Below, one piece after another: positions 59,935-64,000 of a stretch of 64,000 nt of DNA (position 1 is its first letter; each line of letters starts with the position of its first letter). Source of the DNA: Escherichia coli (lineage in GTDB: Bacteria > Pseudomonadota > Gammaproteobacteria > Enterobacterales > Enterobacteriaceae); assembly GCF_029227855.1 (NCBI RefSeq), contig NZ_CP074356.1, one strand, 5' to 3'. The notes under the pieces were generated by a model. That model searched no databases, was not told the DNA's origin, and worked only from the letters and a program-made list of their open reading frames with translations. The position numbers and the translations under genes were made by a program.

Positions 59935-59954
59935 AATAATGATTATCATTTATA
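59935..59954. promoter_or_regulatory. Fur box in the entC-fepB divergent promoter region
   Basis: taataatgattatcatttat closely matches the 19-bp Fur consensus GATAATGATAATCATTATC. Confidence 0.7.
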
Positions 59955-60093
59955 TTTTCGGTCGCTAACCTAAAAGCAAACGCGCACTATGTCAACTCTT
60001 GAGGTAACGCAATCTGCAACTCGGGGTTGCATCTGGTTGTGGTTACAATGAAAATGAGAAGCATTAACTTCATTAATAACAGGAAGCTGATTT

Positions 60094-61050
60094 GTGAGAC
60101 TCGCCTCGCTCTACCGCAACGCCCTTCTATTAACAGGACTTTTGCTTTCAGGAATAGTCGCAGTTCAGGCCGCCGACTGGCCGCGTCAGATTACTGACAG
60201 CCGGGGCACTCATACCCTGGAAAGCCAGCCGCAGCGTATTGTTTCCACCAGCGTCACCCTGACTGGCTCACTGCTGGCGATTGATGCTCCGGTGATTGCC
60301 AGCGGCGCGACCACGCCGAATAACCGCGTCGCGGATGACCAGGGCTTTTTACGCCAGTGGAGCAAGGTGGCGAAAGAACGCAAACTGCAACGGCTCTATA
60401 TCGGCGAACCGAGCGCCGAAGCCGTTGCCGCGCAAATGCCGGATTTGATTTTAATTAGCGCAACCGGCGGGGATTCGGCGCTGGCGCTGTATGATCAGCT
60501 TTCCACCATCGCCCCGACATTAATCATCAATTACGACGACAAAAGCTGGCAGTCGCTGTTAACGCAACTTGGCGAAATTACCGGGCATGAGAAACAAGCG
60601 GCAGAGCGGATTGCACAGTTTGATAAGCAACTGGCAGCGGCGAAAGAGCAAATCAAATTACCGCCGCAGCCGGTCACTGCCATTGTCTATACCGCCGCTG
60701 CACACAGTGCCAATCTCTGGACGCCGGAATCAGCACAAGGGCAGATGCTGGAACAACTCGGCTTTACGTTGGCGAAATTGCCCGCAGGGTTAAACGCCAG
60801 CCAAAGCCAGGGCAAACGCCATGACATCATTCAGCTTGGTGGTGAAAATCTGGCTGCAGGGTTAAATGGCGAGTCACTATTCCTGTTCGCCGGTGATCAG
60901 AAAGATGCCGATGCTATTTATGCCAATCCACTGCTCGCGCACCTGCCCGCAGTACAAAACAAGCAGGTTTATGCGCTGGGAACCGAGACGTTCCGACTGG
61001 ATTACTACAGCGCCATGCAAGTGCTGGAACGACTTAAGGCGCTGTTTTAA
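60094..61050 (+). CDS. fepB: Ferric enterobactin periplasmic binding protein FepB
   Basis: 318 aa, GTG start, signal peptide. Confidence 0.94.
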   Translation: MRLASLYRNALLLTGLLLSGIVAVQAADWPRQITDSRGTHTLESQPQRIVSTSVTLTGSLLAIDAPVIASGATTPNNRVADDQGFLRQWSKVAKERKLQRLYIGEPSAEAVAAQMPDLILISATGGDSALALYDQLSTIAPTLIINYDDKSWQSLLTQLGEITGHEKQAAERIAQFDKQLAAAKEQIKLPPQPVTAIVYTAAAHSANLWTPESAQGQMLEQLGFTLAKLPAGLNASQSQGKRHDIIQLGGENLAAGLNGESLFLFAGDQKDADAIYANPLLAHLPAVQNKQVYALGTETFRLDYYSAMQVLERLKALF

Positions 61051-61053
61051 GCA

Positions 61054-62304
61054 TTAACTGTCGGACGCTGCCACCTGCGGCGGCGTCTGGCGAAAACGTC
61101 GCAACTCCACCAGCACCAGCAACAACAACACGCCGATAATCAACAAACCAAAACCGCTCGCGCTTGCGGAAGCAACCGGTGTCATCATCGCGCCCAAACC
61201 GCCCAGCAGCGCCGCGCCTATGGCATCGCCCGTCACGTTTTGCGCCGTCCACAAACCGTTAATCCGCCCTAACATCGCTTCCGGGGTTTGCGTTTGCAGC
61301 ATTGTGTATTGCAGCAACGAACTAACCGCGCTCAGCCAGCCGAACAGCGCCAGACAAACCACGCCTAAAATCCACATCGGCATCAGGCCAAACAGACCAA
61401 TGGCGAGGAACGATCCCAGCGTGGAAAGCAGCATCAATAACCCTGGTCGCGCGCTATGTGCCAGCTTACCGCTGGTTAACGCGCCAATAGCCGCGCCGAG
61501 CGGGATCGCCGCATAGAGAAAACCAATCTGTGCCGCCGACATCTGCCAGTTGTCAGCCAGCGCCGGATACAGTACCCGCACCGCGCTCGCCATCGTCAAT
61601 AAACCACCCAGCAGCGCAATCCCTCCCACCAGCGGGCTGGCGAGCAGAAAACGAAATCCTGCCAGTAATGATTTCAACGGATGCTCACGCGGCTGCGGTG
61701 GCGGTGGCAACGCCGGAAGGCTTAACAACGGTAGCAAGGTAATAAACGTGCCCGCCGCCGCCAGCCCGTAGTTCCAGGCCACACCGCCGGTCGCCAGCAA
61801 TAAACCGCCAATCATAGGCGAAATCACCGACCCCAGACGCACGGTCAACATGGTGATCGCCCCGGCCTGCATTAAGTTTTCACGCCCTACCAGTGCAGGT
61901 GTCGCCGCCAGTAGCGCCGTAACGCCAAGCGATGCGAAAAAACCATCCCATAATCCGAGTAAATAGATTGCCAGCAAAGATGGCTCCGGCAGCAACGCGT
62001 TCAGGCACAGTCCAATGAAGCCAATGCCACAGGTGCCGCGCGCCAGCAAAATCACTTTTTTGCGCTCATACCGATCCGCCAGCACACCGCCGACCATCAG
62101 GCCAACAAACATCGCCCCGCCGGTCAGCGTTACCGAAAGCCCCACCTGCCAGGTAGAATGCGTCATCATCTGGATCTGCACCGGCACCGCGACGCCGAGC
62201 AAACCCAGAGACACAATTGAGATAAAACGAGCGAGGAATACTGCGCGAAACGCCGGGTGCGTTTTCAACAGGCTGAGGTTAAGCAGCCAGGATTGTTTAT
62301 TCAT
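61054..62304 (-). CDS. entS: Enterobactin exporter EntS (MFS)
   Basis: 416 aa 12-TM MFS transporter. Confidence 0.95.
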   Translation of the reverse strand: MNKQSWLLNLSLLKTHPAFRAVFLARFISIVSLGLLGVAVPVQIQMMTHSTWQVGLSVTLTGGAMFVGLMVGGVLADRYERKKVILLARGTCGIGFIGLCLNALLPEPSLLAIYLLGLWDGFFASLGVTALLAATPALVGRENLMQAGAITMLTVRLGSVISPMIGGLLLATGGVAWNYGLAAAGTFITLLPLLSLPALPPPPQPREHPLKSLLAGFRFLLASPLVGGIALLGGLLTMASAVRVLYPALADNWQMSAAQIGFLYAAIPLGAAIGALTSGKLAHSARPGLLMLLSTLGSFLAIGLFGLMPMWILGVVCLALFGWLSAVSSLLQYTMLQTQTPEAMLGRINGLWTAQNVTGDAIGAALLGGLGAMMTPVASASASGFGLLIIGVLLLLVLVELRRFRQTPPQVAASDS

Positions 62305-62377
62305 TACAATGCCTTGCCATCAAATATTTTAAATACCTATTCTTAGGCTGCACATGCTAACATATCCAAATAAGATC

Positions 62378-62402
62378 GATAACGATAATTAATTTCATTA
62401 TC
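62378..62402. promoter_or_regulatory. Fur box(es) in the entS-fepD divergent promoter region
   Basis: gataacgataattaatttcattatc contains overlapping GATAAT-type hexamers matching Fur consensus. Confidence 0.65.
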
Positions 62403-62414
62403 ATGGAAGTTCGT

Positions 62415-63419
62415 ATGTCTGGTTCTGTTGCCGTGACACGCGCCATTGCCGTGCCCGGATTGCTGTTATTACTGATTATCGCGACGGCATTAAGCCTGCT
62501 CATTGGGGCAAAATCACTCCCCGCTTCCGTAGTGCTGGAGGCGCTCTCCGGCACCTGCCAGAGCGCCGACTGCACCATTGTGCTCGACGCCCGTCTGCCG
62601 CGCACCCTTGCCGGTTTACTGGCAGGCGGTGCGCTTGGGCTTGCCGGGGCGCTGATGCAAACCCTCACCCGAAACCCACTTGCCGACCCCGGCTTGCTTG
62701 GCGTGAACGCCGGAGCCAGCTTTGCCATTGTGCTGGGTGCGGCGCTGTTTGGTTACTCTTCCGCACAGGAACAACTGGCGATGGCCTTCGCCGGGGCGCT
62801 GGTGGCCTCATTGATTGTTGCCTTTACCGGCAGCCAGGGCGGCGGGCAGTTAAGTCCGGTGCGTTTAACCCTGGCGGGCGTGGCACTGGCGGCGGTGCTG
62901 GAAGGGCTGACCAGCGGCATCGCCCTGCTTAATCCTGACGTCTACGATCAGTTGCGTTTCTGGCAAGCCGGTTCGCTGGATATTCGCAATCTACATACCT
63001 TAAAAGTGGTGCTGATCCCGGTGCTGATCGCCGGAGCAACCGCGCTATTACTGAGCCGCGCGCTGAACAGTTTAAGCCTCGGCAGTGACACCGCGACGGC
63101 GCTGGGTAGTCGCGTGGCGCGCACACAGTTGATTGGTCTGCTGGCGATTACCGTGCTTTGTGGTAGTGCGACGGCGGTAGTTGGCCCGATTGCCTTTATT
63201 GGCCTGATGATGCCGCATATGGCACGTTGGTTGGTGGGTGCCGATCATCGCTGGTCGCTGCCCGTCACGCTGCTTGCTACCCCTGCCCTGCTGCTGTTTG
63301 CCGATATCATCGGGCGGGTGATTGTGCCCGGCGAACTGCGCGTTTCTGTAGTCAGTGCCTTTATTGGCGCACCGGTGCTGATCTTCCTCGTGCGACGTAA
63401 AACGCGAGGTGGCGCATGA
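62415..63419 (+). CDS. fepD: Ferric enterobactin ABC transporter permease FepD
   Basis: 334 aa from MSGSVAVTRAI (in-frame ATG also at 62403); FecCD-family permease. Confidence 0.93.
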   Translation: MSGSVAVTRAIAVPGLLLLLIIATALSLLIGAKSLPASVVLEALSGTCQSADCTIVLDARLPRTLAGLLAGGALGLAGALMQTLTRNPLADPGLLGVNAGASFAIVLGAALFGYSSAQEQLAMAFAGALVASLIVAFTGSQGGGQLSPVRLTLAGVALAAVLEGLTSGIALLNPDVYDQLRFWQAGSLDIRNLHTLKVVLIPVLIAGATALLLSRALNSLSLGSDTATALGSRVARTQLIGLLAITVLCGSATAVVGPIAFIGLMMPHMARWLVGADHRWSLPVTLLATPALLLFADIIGRVIVPGELRVSVVSAFIGAPVLIFLVRRKTRGGA

Positions 63420-64000
63420 TTTACGTCTCTCGCCGATTAATCATCACCTGTTTGCTGCTAATTACCGCCTGTGTGGTTGCAGGTATCTGGGGATTACGCA
63501 GCGGTGCCGTCACGCTGGAAACCTCGCAGATATTCGCCGCGCTGATGGGCGATGCGCCGCGCAGTATGACGATGGTGGTCACCGAATGGCGTTTACCACG
63601 CGTGCTGATGGCGCTGTTAATTGGCGCGGCTCTGGGCGTCAGCGGCGCGATTTTTCAGTCGCTGATGCGTAACCCGCTCGGCAGCCCTGACGTAATGGGC
63701 TTTAACACCGGGGCGTGGAGCGGCGTGCTGGTGGCGATGGTGCTGTTTGGTCAGGACCTGACGGCTATCGCCCTGGCAGCAATGGTGGGCGGCATTGTCA
63801 CCTCGCTGCTGGTCTGGCTGCTTGCCTGGCGTAACGGTATCGACACCTTTCGGTTAATTATTATCGGTATCGGTGTTCGCGCCATGCTGGTGGCCTTTAA
63901 TACCTGGTTGTTGCTGAAAGCGTCTTTAGAAACGGCGCTAACAGCGGGTTTGTGGAATGCCGGATCGCTCAACGGCCTGACGTGGGCAAAAACCTCGCCT
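63416..64000 (+). CDS. fepG: Ferric enterobactin ABC transporter permease FepG, 5' portion (3' end lies outside the window)
   Basis: ATG at 63416 overlapping fepD stop (ATGA); open frame to window end; absent from ORF track because no stop is reached. Confidence 0.9.
   Translation, partial: MIYVSRRLIITCLLLITACVVAGIWGLRSGAVTLETSQIFAALMGDAPRSMTMVVTEWRLPRVLMALLIGAALGVSGAIFQSLMRNPLGSPDVMGFNTGAWSGVLVAMVLFGQDLTAIALAAMVGGIVTSLLVWLLAWRNGIDTFRLIIIGIGVRAMLVAFNTWLLLKASLETALTAGLWNAGSLNGLTWAKTSP

Overview
This window reads as a near-complete stretch of Escherichia coli chromosome, running from the 3' end of miaB to the 5' part of fepG, in reverse orientation relative to the K-12 reference map (as I recall it). 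It is dense core genome with about 68 genes, identified from the translated ORFs and their motifs: the ybeZYX-lnt, gltIJKL, leuS-lptE-holA-nadD and rsfS-rlmH-mrdAB-rlpA blocks, dacA, lipB/lipA, the dpiBA-citCDEFXG-citT citrate fermentation locus, ahpCF, dsbG, and the entCEBAH-fepB-entS-fepDG enterobactin locus. No rRNA, tRNA, CRISPR or prophage was found. Three things depart from the K-12 layout: an IS200-type insertion between rna and rnk, the apparent absence of the hscC-ybeQ island between rihA and ybeL, and the apparent absence of ybdR between rnk and uspG; all three need alignment to a reference to confirm. The best candidate for an undescribed system is the AT-rich ybdO-ybdN-ybdM module: a LysR regulator followed by a PP-loop ATP pyrophosphatase of the PAPS-reductase type and an overlapping ParB/sulfiredoxin-like protein, a pairing reminiscent of DndC/DndB in DNA phosphorothioation. 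That assignment is inference from motifs and gene order, not demonstrated function. All coordinates were derived by hand from the sequence and ORF track; no database search was run.
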